A DNA stretch of 64,000 bases from Raillietiella orientalis (lineage: Eukaryota). The DNA lies in assembly GCA_036172245.1 (NCBI GenBank), contig JAYWIR010000003.1, positions 5,704,001 through 5,768,000 of the forward strand, given 5' to 3'. The translations under genes were made by a program, and so were the position numbers. Shown piece by piece: positions 47,180-59,399 of the stretch (positions within the stretch are counted from its first letter, which is position 1; each line of letters starts with the position of its first letter). Under the pieces are notes generated by a model. The model was not told the DNA's origin. It worked only from the letters and a program-made list of their open reading frames with translations, and did no database searches.

Positions 47180-48960
47180 GGCGGAGGACTTCAGTTCTGT
47201 TTTGGGATGCAAAGCGATTTCCTTCAGGTTCCTGCAGCAGCCCTGCCTTCCTGAGAATTTTTTCAACGACAGGAAGAGTTCGCTCACACCTGATTCTGGT
47301 TCGGATGTGAGAAGCCAGACAGCTGCTCATTGGGAAGATCGCTTCGCTGCTCAGGAGACCGGAGAAGCGTTCGATCTCTGCTTCCTTCAACGTGCAGCTC
47401 CCAGAGCCCCTTCCCCGAGTGCCCTAAGGAAGGCAAGGCGGCCAAGAGCGGGGCATCGTGTCTTTGGAACGGCTCCGTTTCGGGCGCGGATGGCGGCAAG
47501 GCTTATTCTTTTTATCTTTGATCATTTTCCCCCGTCCAGTCTTGTCAACATCAGTCATGATCACGGAAAACTCAATGAAAGGCCCTTCTTGATGCCGCAA
47601 CGGCTTCTCCGGGAGGAAGCGCGGATGCCGAGAGCTCAAGGGACCGAGACTTCGGACTCTGAGTCGGGTCGGGCGGTCAAAGAGAGGAATGGTTGCTCTT
47701 GCGTCCGCGAGATTTGCGACCCAGTCTCGGAAACGCTGCAGCGATGAGTGTCGCTTGGATGCTTTCGCGCACATGCCCTGATTGACCCTTTCGAAATTTC
47801 TTTAAATGCCCGGAAGTAAGCCAGACGGAAATAAGGACTTGCTCACTCGCACTTTCTTTTCACGTCCTCTCAGGAAAGCGCCGGTTTTTCCAGAAATACC
47901 TGACCCTTGTCCGACTAGAGGGTTTGCCACGCCCGTTTCTTGCTCGGGGGATGAAAGCCTCTGCTTCGCCGAAGGGGGGCAGAAAACCACTCTGAGCCTG
48001 CCGTACGAAAAGGGGGAAAGGAGAGAGCGTTCGGGGAAAGACTCCGAAAACTTTACATACACACATATTTTTGTCTTTTCGATCAAACAGCGGGAAACTG
48101 CCGCGTGCGTCCGGCAAGGATAGCGAGGAATGGTAAACGCCGGAATAAAAGCGGACTTAATGCCGCTCTCTCTGCCCTGTCTGAAATCATGCGATCTTCG
48201 CAGTAGGGCGAGGAGGTCGGGAAAAGCTATCCCCCTATCCCTGAACCCTTGCTGCCGAGTTAGCTTGGGAACTCCTTAGAAACGCGTTTCGTAAACAAAG
48301 GAACGCGCTGACAAGATGTTTTTCTTGACGGGAAAACATTTTAAAGCCTCCGAACCGTGTGCCGCATTCATCGGCTCAACCATCTGGCAGTACTCCTATT
48401 GATTAGACCTATCGCTGGGTCCGCAGCGCGATCGATCATCGACTGCGATGGCTTGTCCTGCTGCAAACAGGGTGGATAGCTTTCGGAAAAAGGATCTTTA
48501 AGGGACGAAGTATGAATCTTCGTAGGTCGTTTAATTGCTTGGAGATCTACTGTGCTAATCCATCATCCCAGAGCTCCGTGTCTGACAGTCAGAGTGAGGG
48601 TTTGAAAGGCCAGTCTTTGAAGAACAGGATGAAAAGCATTCTACAGGAAGAGAAGACGGAATTTGTGAAAAAGCAATAATTATTGCTGGAGGAAAAGTGG
48701 AACTGCATGAATTTTCGGTCAACCCTTTCTTCATCCGTTATTGGAGAATTTAGAGAGTGAGTTTGATGATGCCACGAGGGATTTTCGGAAGCCCAGAAGC
48801 TCAGCGTTGGCCGCAGGATCCACCAAGCGCTAAAGAGAATCGCTATCTTGAAGAAGGAACCCGATTCTTGCGATTTTTTTTTTTTTTTCTCTGTCTCCCT
48901 GAGCGCCACCTCCTCTGTTTCTTCGGCTGGGAAGCACTCCTGGATAGTGCTGAAGAGACC
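47180..48960 (+). mobile_element. hAT (Ac/ZBED-like) DNA transposase fossil
   Basis: In order: BED-finger-like RRTSVLFW...C...STTGRVRSHL (~47182-47292), LILFIFDHFPPSSLVN...FLMPQR (~47502-47603), ETRF (~48280), LIRPI (~48400), STVLIHHPR (~48546, cf. AxxLDPR) and dimerisation-like ALKRIA...SATSSVSSAG (~48830-48930). No TIRs identified. Confidence 0.6.
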
Positions 48961-49879
48961 TCCATCCCTACCCAGAACGGACAGGAACGAGGAAAGAAAT
49001 GGCAAGGCAGCTAACGCAATTTACAGAAACGTTTTGCTGCGTCATGACTCAGGGCTTCCCATGATGAAGGTGGACGAGAGGAAGATTAAAAAGATGTTTT
49101 GCCTCGGGTCGGAACCCGAGTTTCGGAGAGAGGTTGCTACTGGTTGCGTGCTGTCCGAGTCCCCAGGATTATGGAGGATCTTTCGATTCTGATCAATCGC
49201 GCGTCCGAAATTTCTAGAATCGAGCTGGGGCCAAACACAGAGAGAAACTGCTGCTTGCCACTGGAAGTAGCGCTCCTCGAGGTGCAAGGGAGACGCGAAG
49301 AATTCCATGTTTCTGGATGAGCACAACTCCCCTTTCCCTCTTGGGGTGCGCTCGATTTGAAAACTCTGCGAAGCGCCTCTGAAAACTTGCAGAACGCTCC
49401 ATAAGTCTCCGTTTCCCATAACCCTCGCATAGGCACAGAATGCCCCGTGGCTGCGCTGGCGGTGATGTTCCCCAGGTGTGCTGCCGCTTGGCTTTCCGTT
49501 TTCGCACCAAGCACTCAGATGAAAATTCTCGCCTGTCCTGTCCCAAGGCATCGGTTTTGAACTCGGCTCCATGGTTGCGGTTGGAGGTGGAACCCCCCCA
49601 CCTGACCCATGCAATGACTACCGTAGCGAACGTTCGTAGTAAAAACATGTCTTGGTTTACCGTGACGCTTGGGAAATTCGGTAGCAAGACTTTTCTGCCG
49701 TAGGTCGGATAAGCGAGCAAGAAGTAGGGAGGAGTTTGGGATTCCATAGAAAGAATGCAAAAGGCCTTATACGTCTGAATTGCGAAGCGCTTTCGAAACT
49801 GCAATCTCGGATGAATTCCCCCGTCCACGCCAGCTTCTCTCCAGGAAGGAAAAGGCTTAGGTTTCGAATCCTCCGCCGT

Positions 49880-52310
49880 TAGAATTATGACTCCTTTTCG
49901 GACTGTGGGAAGTTTCCAGAAAACCGTGGTCACAGATGCCCAGCCATGAGAAAGCGTCATCGCTGTTCTTCCTGCGCTTCGAAAAACGGCTGGCTTCACG
50001 GGCACATCGGCTACTCTTCTGCAGTCAGGTGGAGACCCGACCGCCCCAGACTCTCTCTCCTTGCGTCTCCCGAACGGGTGCGAGCTCGCTGCAAGCCAGG
50101 GGGAAAGCACTCCGAGATGCCCGCTCGGAGGCTGCGGCGTTGCAAGTTGACATCGCTGTCACGGCAGAGGATGGAGTCGCCCGACAACCAGCTCGCTTTA
50201 ATGGCTTCACAAATGCGCCTACCTGCGCCTCGACAGCACAAATTCTTGTGTGCCGACTTAGGAAAGCGCGGACTGAAAGATCAGGTGATTGATTTCCAGA
50301 TCCGTGGGCGAGCCGTAGCGCGTCTCTTTTGGAATTTGTACCACCAGCCGGCTTCGCCGCGGCGACACAATGAGATGTTAACCGAGATGAGCATCGTTCC
50401 CTGAGCTGTGAAAGGAAAATTCAAGTCGGAGCCTTCTGATCCAATTTTCCTGGATCCTGTTCGGAAATGGATCTGCAGCTCGGCTCCATTTGAGAATTCA
50501 TCGCAGAGGTATCTGTTGCAGGATCCCACTTCGGGGCAAGCCGGAGAGGGAAGGAGAGGCGAGGGAGATGGGCAGCCAAGCACAGCGGGCTCTTTGTCTG
50601 AGTCAAATGAGATGAAGATCGAAGATTCTGGAAACTTCTGCGTTCCCTCTCTTTGAATCCGGAGCGATTTGAATCGGGAGCCTCAACCGCGGCGCTTCCA
50701 AAATTCATCTTAGGAAGGCAGAGGTCACTGGTTCTGACGATCCCTAGAGGCAATCAATTTCGCCCCGAGGGTACTGCCGCAAAAAGCCTCAGAGAATTCG
50801 GAAGCAGTGAGAGCGCCCAAATCTGCAGTTGCCGAAGCGACCGCAGCTGTGTCCTCGGACAGCTGCAGGCTGCCGAACCGGAATGTGCCCACTGCCCAAA
50901 GTAACAGAAGTTTGTTTGGAGAGGCTTCAGAGCACGGAGACGGCGGTGCGCGGAGGTTCCGTACGCCCCACTTGAGACGAAAAGCCAATCGGATCTGAAA
51001 GCAAGTGTATCAACATGTAAGGGGACCAAGGTCTAGAGAGCCCGACGTAAGCCGACTGATGGGTCTCTGTTATGACATCGCACCGTGAAGATATCTGCCC
51101 GAGCAGCCGAGCCATTGGCAGCTGCATGGACCGCTGATTTCTGCGTCAGCTCGAGCGCAGAACCAGCTCGCGTGGAAGGTTCGAGGGGCACCGATTTTTC
51201 CGGATTTTTGGAGGTTTCCTCGCGTCACCACGCCGTGGGCGTCCACTTGGCTCGGTTGGTTTCTCGGCAGCCGAGCTCTCTGCCGAATGCAGAGGTTTGT
51301 TCCACAGGGGCGATTATCCTGTGACGCTGCCCTTGAGCTGCGCTAGAAAGATAAGCTGGGAACCTTGCCTGCGTTCGAGTTCACACTACCCATGAAACCT
51401 TCTTAAGGCGCTTCATCATCATCCATCAAAATTACCATCCGTCTGCAACCAGAGCTATTTCTAGATTAAATTGTCCAAATGGATACCAAAGTCCAGCACA
51501 ACGTGTCCGGAAATTGGGAGGTTCTCGCCACGTGAAGAAACAGCTGGGTGCATCAAAGGTGATGATTATTTAATTCCTCTCGAGATGACCCACATTTCGA
51601 TGGAGTGTTCGATCGTGTTTCTCACTAAGGAGTCCGCAAGTTCTTTGTCTTGCTGAACGCGAAGCGAGCTGGGTCCGCAAGAAAGCGGTCGGGAGGGAGC
51701 TGCGAGTCGTTCATCTGACCTCACCGCCCACTTGGTGTGTGAACACTTTCCTGGTGCAGGGAGAGCGCCCTCCCATGCATCGAAATCGCGTCGCTGCGAT
51801 CGCATCCCAGAGATTCGTGCAATCTGAGCTTCATCCTCCTCCGTACCAGGAAAGTTCGGGCACATCCACAAAGGAGGGAAAACCGAGGTTTCCGGGTTGC
51901 CAATCTCCGGCTTTAACAAAGTTGGGGGAGGAAAGCTCCGGAGCATTACGGATCTTTAGATGCTCCAGCGTTCGGAGGCGTCCAAAGTGCTTTCCTGAAT
52001 GATCTTCAGAATCGAAAAAGACCATTATGCTACTTTTGAGCAGGAGGTGGAGCGCTCGTTATCAGCAAGAACGAAAACGGCCGTCTTCCAATAACAGATA
52101 GGCAGCCTTAAAAGTTTCTCAGATGAAACCGAGCTCTCGTAAAGTGCGTCTTCTCCTGAAACTTTCGCCAGCAGATAAGTCGTGCTGACCATTAGAGACG
52201 AACTTCGACGAACGGGGGTTGCGAGCCCAGAATTTCGGCAAGTACCCATCCCGTCTTTCCTCCCGAAGAAGGGAAATCTGCACAGGGCAGCATATTAACT
52301 CGCGGAACAA
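49880..52310 (-). mobile_element. Decayed R1/Loa-like LINE ORF2 (RT + RNase H + C-terminal region)
   Basis: GYLPKFW...NGQHDLSAGESFRR...ELG (ORF 52310-52119), VFFDSE...LEHLKIRNAPE (ORF 52025-51831), ESVHTP/KWAVRSDERL (~51755-51705), FGIHLD (~51490-51473), TDTS (~50515), VEAQVG (~50235) and LSHG/FLMAGH (~49950). Confidence 0.65.
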
Positions 52311-52499
52311 CTACTACTCAATCATTTTCGAGCTAATCTTTGGCGCGTCCGAGTGGACTCATTAGAATTTTCCTCTTCCTCTTCCAAAGGGGGAGATGTT
52401 TATGAGAAACCCTAGGGATTATTTCATAACAGCATGTTGCTTCATCTGTCTGAGATAATGAGAACAAACCTGTTGACTAATCAATCCTAGACTCAAGTG

Positions 52500-54290
52500 T
52501 GATACACGGACACTTTTCCCACGAAACGCTCAAATGCCGCCTGCGCTTGTTGGATTTCGGCGACTTTGCATTCGATTCGGCAAAAATACCCTTTGATGGA
52601 CGGACCGACCCACGCACAACATGTGCACAGGAGGATGATTACATCGTCATCGGATGATATCTGCATAGGCATTTGCCAGAAAGTAATCACGCTCCCATCC
52701 AATCCATCTGCTTCGATCGGTCATTTTCTTCCTGTGTATAAACAGGAAATGGATTACGACTTGGAGCGATTCCTTCCTCCTTTAATCTCCTCTTGTTGGG
52801 GCGAACTCCGGTTGAAACTGCTACGCCTTCGAGTGTAGGATCGTCTACTGTCTATTTCTGGACTCCTTGGATATCAACTGTGGCATCCAGATCCAGAAGC
52901 TACGCGGATAGGATAGTCTTCGCATAGTTCGCCCTCATCTTCTGTGATTTATTTTAGAGACCGTTCTTATTCCCGCTCCCGTTGGATTTTACAATCTTTC
53001 TAGAATCCATCGCAGCTAAATGGAAAAGACCTTAGATTCATGTCCTCTTGTCTATTTGTATCTGAGGTCTTCGTTGATGATATCTGGAGTTTTTCCCTTC
53101 GAAGCTCTTCCTCTTGCTTTAATTTTCATCTTCCGACGTTATGTGTCCTCCGCGGAGTTTCTCGGAAACCTTCCGTAGCCTCCTATGGGTAAGATTCCAG
53201 GTTCCTTTTTGATCTTCTGCCGGAACCATCCGATCTCGTGCGTCTCGCGAAGAGAGAGAGCAGCCCCTAGAGACTTCCCTACGGGGAGAGGCTATACCTT
53301 TCACTCACATGGTACTGGTTGCTGGGGTACGGTAGGACGAAACCTACAGAGAATGCAGGGGACACAAAAGAATGCGCTGAGAGGTTCCGCTCTCACCACT
53401 CCATCATGCGCACCAGCGACTGCTTACTAGGATCCTGGCCATTCTGAATTGAGGCATGGGAAAAGTTCCCTTAGGAAGAAGAAGAATAGGCACAGCACAG
53501 CTTCATCTATGGAAATGGCTGTCCCACCGGATAGCGAAAGAATTCTTTGGCGCTATCTCACAAGTTCTGGATCATTCCAAGAGTGGGCACGTTTCGTGTG
53601 ACGTTTTCACCATCCGACCGTCGGTCGTAACTGCAAGGTGCTCTCCCAGCTCCACGCTCCATTCAGTGCATCTCTTGACACTGGTCCATTGCCAAGATGA
53701 AGACTTTCTTATCTTGAACCTCTGGCTTGGAAAAGATCCCCCGATACTCTTATCGTCAGCTTTCTCGAGCGAGTGACCGCATTAAGCCGCAGACTGAGGA
53801 TTAGTACGTAAGTGAGCTCAAGAGTACAAGAATCTTTGCTGACCGTGTCTTCGGTCCTTCCAGAATTTCAGATGAGGAGCCGGCGTTTCGCTTCAGAAGG
53901 ACAAGAGGAACGAGAGGGCTTCCCAGCTTTCGTTCATCCAACCGGAATACGCTTCATCCGTTTTGGGGTTCCTCCGTTTTCCTGAGAAACGGGAAGCTGC
54001 CAACAGGAATTCAACGGGAGGTCATGTGGGGCTTGTTGAAAACGTGTACCTTGCGGATGTTGCTCCGCGGGGTTGCTTTGGAACGCGAAACCACATGACC
54101 ATTCGACGAGGCATTCGTACTTCCTCTGGATTCTCGATTGGTGTTCCATAGAAAGGACACACTCCCAGCCGCACGAGCTCTTCGGTTACCGAGATGTCAT
54201 CTCGGTCGGGCGCGCAGACACGGCACTCCGATCCACTTACGTTCTCACGCGTTTACCCTTCACGAGAGCGATGTACCGGCAGTGAAACGC
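52500..54290 (-). mobile_element. Decayed RTE-like LINE ORF2 5' half (APE + N-terminal RT)
   Basis: GT..GK (~54280-54250), CLR..R* (~54220), QAP (~54035), WTSVKRC (~53688-53668), TDGRMV (~53625), SISCLYTGRK (~52755-52725) and IECKVAEIQQ...FVGKV (~52577-52510, cf. EKxxE...FVDxxKA). Confidence 0.55.
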
Positions 54291-55749
54291 AGCGATCGAA
54301 CCGCTTGACCACCTTCCTTCGTGTGGCTGTAGCTCCGGGAACCACGTGCCAGCCGAAATGATTCCCTTCGCACGCGCTTCATTTCGGCTCAGGAGCGGAG
54401 ACGTTCCATGGAAACAATCCCTCGCGACGCACCCGAAGCCATTCTGGAAGTAATGGACCCGAAAATGACAGATGCACTGTGCGGAAGTAAATAAGATGAG
54501 GATGAACTTTTCTCCCCCGAGCGAACTTCGACACGCTCCTTTGTAAAGGGTGCGAATGTGTCCCGCTCTTCCGAGGCGACTCCGGTCACCTCAGCTGACC
54601 CGGGTCAAGTGCAAGTGGCCTGGCAGTCAGAGCCGTCCTCCGAAGCAGGCGGGGGCGCGCACCCCACAGCCTATGGGTGAGAGAATCCGCGTCTCCGGTT
54701 CCAAGGCGACTGGGTTGCGACCATGGATTTTTGGTGGACAGAATCCGGAGCCGATCGATACCAGGGCAACAACGCGTGTGAATAATTCAGGAGCGAAGGG
54801 GTTTCGCGTAGCATCCATGCGCGTATTGGCACATGGGAACCGGGGAGTCCGAAAATTTCGCCCCGATGGGATTCCGACGGAGGCGGCCTTCTTCGGCCTG
54901 CTCGAAGATCGGGAACACTCGCCGAGCGCTTATCTTCGGAACGCTCTGCAGCGCCAGCAGCCTGGCATTTTACCGGCGTCGGCCCGGAGAACCCGGCGCC
55001 GAGAAACGCCGAAAAGAGGAATGCACGCCATGGGTTTCTCTTGGAGAGGACGCGTCGTTTCCTCCGAAACGTTTCCAAGAATACTTGCGCTTCGGTCCTC
55101 AACGGGCAGGCAGCGTGACGTGTGATTGATTGATTCATCTTCAAGGAACGGAGTTTCTCATTTCACAGAGTCGCTCTGAGATTCGAATTTATTTTCGCTC
55201 TGCGGACGGGAGTTTTCCCGAGCGGGTTTCCTAGGAATTCATCCCTGGCATTATTTCGCGCAGCCGTTTCCCTTCCCTAGATGGACCTGATGCTGCGCCA
55301 CCGCCATCCCGCCGATCAGGAGGAGGATTCAGTTCTCCTCCCCCTCCCCTCCCGACGTATTTTTCTGTACCGGTTCCGAGCGAACGGCGCTCATCTCGTC
55401 TGTGTGCTGGCTGGGAACAGATCCGAACGCACTTGGCGTGCTGCGAGGCGGAGACGGGCACGGAATTTCTCCACGACCACGACGCAGAAGTCTGGAGGAC
55501 GTGGCATCGGTACCACGGGGAGGGGGTGGGGGTGGAAGGGCGCTTTTACTCCTCGCCAGGCTTGCTCCCTTGCCGCCGGAGGAATTCCGATTCGCGAGCC
55601 ACATTTTCATCTTCCTCGGGCCGCACAGATAATCGCGTCATGCTGCATCCCTCGAACTCATTTCTGATCATGAGATTAGGCTCAAAATAATGGGTTCTCC
55701 TTTCAAGCGTGCTGCTGTCCCCTGGGACTTTCAAAGAGTTCTTTGATTT

Positions 55750-56050
55750 CCCGCGGTGCACTCGCCGCCAATTTTCGCCTGCCTGCTCGAGCTCTCGGAG
55801 ACCACATAGCAACCCACGTAACCCATCCTCCGCGCTAATTACAGCTCTCGCTGACTCTGCGATTCCCACCCCGACGTCCTTCCCAAGAAACACCGGTCTT
55901 TTCCCGGCTGCCTTCTCTTCGGAGACCTTCGGATTAGAAGAGCGCGTGTGTTGTAGCTGGGAAGAGTTTGTTCGCGAGTCGTTGTTCCCTTCCGAGGAAT
56001 TTCCGCGGTCTACTTCCCTTTCGGAAATTCCTTTGACTATCATCTTGAGA
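55750..56050 (-). mobile_element. Possible LINE ORF1 (RRM-like) remnant
   Basis: MIVKGISERE...GKRPVFL (ORF 56043-55546) resembles the NhhhxGhxE...RPhhh pattern of CR1/L2-group ORF1 proteins; K/E-rich sequence lies upstream. Confidence 0.3.
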
Positions 56051-59000
56051 CGTTTACGAGCGGATTCTCATCTTTCATCATTTCTGGCGACGCTTCGACG
56101 ATGCTGGAATTACCAGGAAGAGCGCACGTGCGTTTACCTCTTCCCGTTCATGCAGGGACCGCGCACGGGAGTCTCGTCAAAGTTTTCGCATCTCACTCTT
56201 CCCGCATTTCATCTTTCGGCTTCCACAGGTTTCATCCTTGAACTTTCTTCCTTTCTTCGTCGTTTAGGTGCTTCGCGCATTCATGACGGCTACAGCCCGG
56301 GTTGTTCCGTTTGCCCATGCCGAGGTTCCGCTTCACATGGAAAGGATTTTTCTTCCCGCCATGCGGAGGGAGGCAGAGGCTTTCCGACCTCAATTGGCAC
56401 TCGGCGAAAGCAGCGCTGGTCCAACACAGGCAGCTCGCTCCTGCCTTTGACGAGAAGCCCGTGGCTTTCCGAGGCCTCCGGGCAATTCGCTCATTTTAAT
56501 TGGCTCCTCCGTCCACTCTCGTCGGATCATTTCCGCGTCCATCCCGTCGGAGAATCGCCGCGGATGGAGGCAGGGAAGCCGCCGCCCCCACGTTCGACAG
56601 ACTCCGAGCTTGCTCTTTCTGGATGGAGGGGATGCTGATTCCGATGCGGAGCGGTGTGGAAGAGAGGACAGAGAGCTCTCCGTTGCCGATGACCATCGTG
56701 TTCTTAGTGGATGACAACCGCAACAAAGGGGAGCATCGAATCGGAAGTCGTGGCTTATCAGGGACGGGTGGATGACACGTGGCAGCCATTCTGGAACCAA
56801 AGAGACGAGACCAGAAGGTGCCGCGCACTGCGCCAGAATCCCAGATTCAAATCCTGCAAATAGACTGGGAAGGCATCTATGAAATTGAAGGAATTCCAGA
56901 GCGATCCGGCGTGCCTACAATGGAAGTTTGCAGACAACGGGAGGGATCACCTTAGGAGGTGGGTCCGCTCAGACTTAAGCTGGAGCCGCGGCCTCCCCAC
57001 TGAGGGAGGAGGGGCGCAGCGCCCGCTTTCTGAATCCGCTCGCTGAGAGAGTGATTTAGGGCCCATGATGAGAGTGGTCGCGGACGGGATGCGGAGGGCG
57101 GGCAGGTGCGAGAGGCACACCCCGGGAAGCCGAACTCGATGGCGAGCGAACTCCGCTCGCGCTCCAGCACCCGCAACGGAGGAAGGAAGAGCCAGGAGAC
57201 AGCCTGACGGATGGCAGCTGTTAGTGATGGTGGTTCCCGAATGGAAGTGGTGTCAAGGGCGGGAGGAACGAGGGGAGACGTCTCCCTGCTTGCCTCCGCG
57301 AGAGCGTCGGTCCTCTGCGAGGAGCAGCAGCTCTGGTGCGGCGAGGTACGCGGAGTTTGGGACGGCGTCTCGGTCCAAGGGTGAGGGGGAGGCGAGGGAT
57401 AGCTGGACTCACAGAACCGGAAGCTAAGTCCTGGCTATTGGGCCATGGAAGGGCCTGTCACGTGATTTTCGCGGCGGTGTAATGAATACAGGCAGTGCGT
57501 CCGCTCCCGTGCGGGGGCGACAGCCAGGCGGGGAGCATCGAGGAAAGCTCCCTGCTCCGCTTTCTATCGGGAACTATCGGTCGAGGATGGGGGAGGGGAA
57601 AGCGAATCAGGCAAGAGGGAACAAAAGACGAAGATTGACATGCGAGGTCGCGGATGTCTTCTCCGCGCGGAACGAGAGGAGGTCCTGTTGGCTGGATGTC
57701 TCACGGAGCAGGGGCGTCGCCGCTGACGAAGAGACGGATCGATCAGCCGACTGCCAGAAAAAACCGCGGCACCGAGGAGACGGAGCTTCGCGGCTCCCCA
57801 CTCGATCAGGGGGCAGAACGGAGGGATAAGGAGTCCCACCACTCCAAGAAGAACAGGGAAGGAAGGAATTTGGGGAGGGGAACAGGAGGAAAGTCCGGAT
57901 TTCGTGTTCGCGCCTGGAGCCGATGGCTCCGAAACTCATGGAACCGCGCGGGCCGGCAGACGGGTCTGCAGGCACGGCTCCCAAGGCTGCCACCGGAAAA
58001 CCAGGCGACTCCCGTTCCGTTTAGCCACGCGAGGGAGCGGAGGGAACCCGAACAAGATCACGTGACGAGTGGAGGGTGTAAAAGGCGAGGGAGGCAGCCT
58101 CGGGGGAGGGGGGGGGACTAGGAAGGCTGCGGTGCCGGTTCATTTACCAGGTTGCGTGGGAGACAGGAACACGGTTGGGGGAGAACGAAAGAGATGGCGG
58201 CAGGGCGTGGGGAGGGAAAGTCAGGTGCGGATCATCAGCAGGACTTCTTCCCGGCTCCCTGTCAACTTCCTGCTGAATGGTGGGGTCAAGGAGAAGCCTG
58301 GGATCGCCGCGCCGCGCCCTCTCTCCTCCTCTGAGCTGCTCCCCTGTCCGTCCATCTCTCTCCTCCCCACGATGGAAGACCCTCCGACCTTCTTTTTCTT
58401 AACCCGACTAAGGCATCCCCCTGCAGTCTGTCGATCCGCTTCCGGGAGAGCGCGGAAGCGAGGATTTTTCGAGTCGTGCCGCCGTGGACCTGCCCCTGCT
58501 TTCGCGTGACACCAAAGAAGGGTGAAGTAAGGGGGGAAGGGGAGGGGAAGAACAATGGTAGGATGGAAGAGAGGAGATCTGGCCGGTCGCAGACTCTCCC
58601 TCAGGAGAAAGGGGACCAGCGGCGATCCGCGGAGCAGCGATTCGCGTGCCTGAGATCCATCAGCACGGATCAGGATGCTGCTGCTGGACCGGATCGTGTC
58701 GCACGTTTTCCAGAGGGGCGAGGGAGAGAAAGAAGGGGAATCTCGGGATTCCGTGAGCGTTCCCCAGGCCCTCTCCCGAGAAGACCGCCTCCGAGAGGAT
58801 CAAAGAGAGGAATCACCCTGCAGACGAGGCAGGCCAGTTTCCCTTCCCTCTGAGGGGTTCTTGGGAGCTCTCTCTTGGCGAGTCGGCGCTGGAGGAAGGA
58901 GGGAGAGGTCGAGAATCCCGTTCCCGTGTCACGAAATTCTGAGATTTCCTTCTCCTTTTCCCCTCTTTCTGCCCGGACACCGATGGAACTCCGGCGAGAC

Positions 59001-59399
59001 GCGTGTCTCTTCCTCTCACGGAAGGAATTCCCTTCTTCGAGGGATCTGAGGAGGCTGGAGATGTACCAGAACGCTCCGCTATCAAGATCAAAAACCGAGG
59101 GGGGTGCCAGAGGGAGAGGCCCCTCGTCCTATCCACTCTGAAGACAGTGATGCTGACGCCGTTCTCCCGAAGAGCGGAACGAAGAAGAGGAAAAAAATCT
59201 TCCCTTCGGGAGGAGGACGAGGCTCCCAGCTGTCGACCGAGGGGAGCGGCGATGCGCTCGCCGGGGGTATCACGAGTGAGGCAGAAGGGGTTGGGAGGAA
59301 AAGGCTAAAGAGACGAGGGAAGGGACGAGTCCACGCATCGGACGCCGACGGTAGTTTCTCTGGCAGGGGAGTTCGTGATAGGAAAGAAGGGGAGGGAGG

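Noticed and set aside
51419..52709. Exd/Hox-like sites TGATGGATGA (51428-51419), TGATGGACGG (52594-52603) and AGATGGATTG (52709-52700)
   Set aside because: All fall inside LINE RT remnants and I saw no adjacent Hth site; compatible with chance.
55123..55136. TGATTGATTGATT Pbx-like site
   Set aside because: Indistinguishable from a short (TGAT)n microsatellite.
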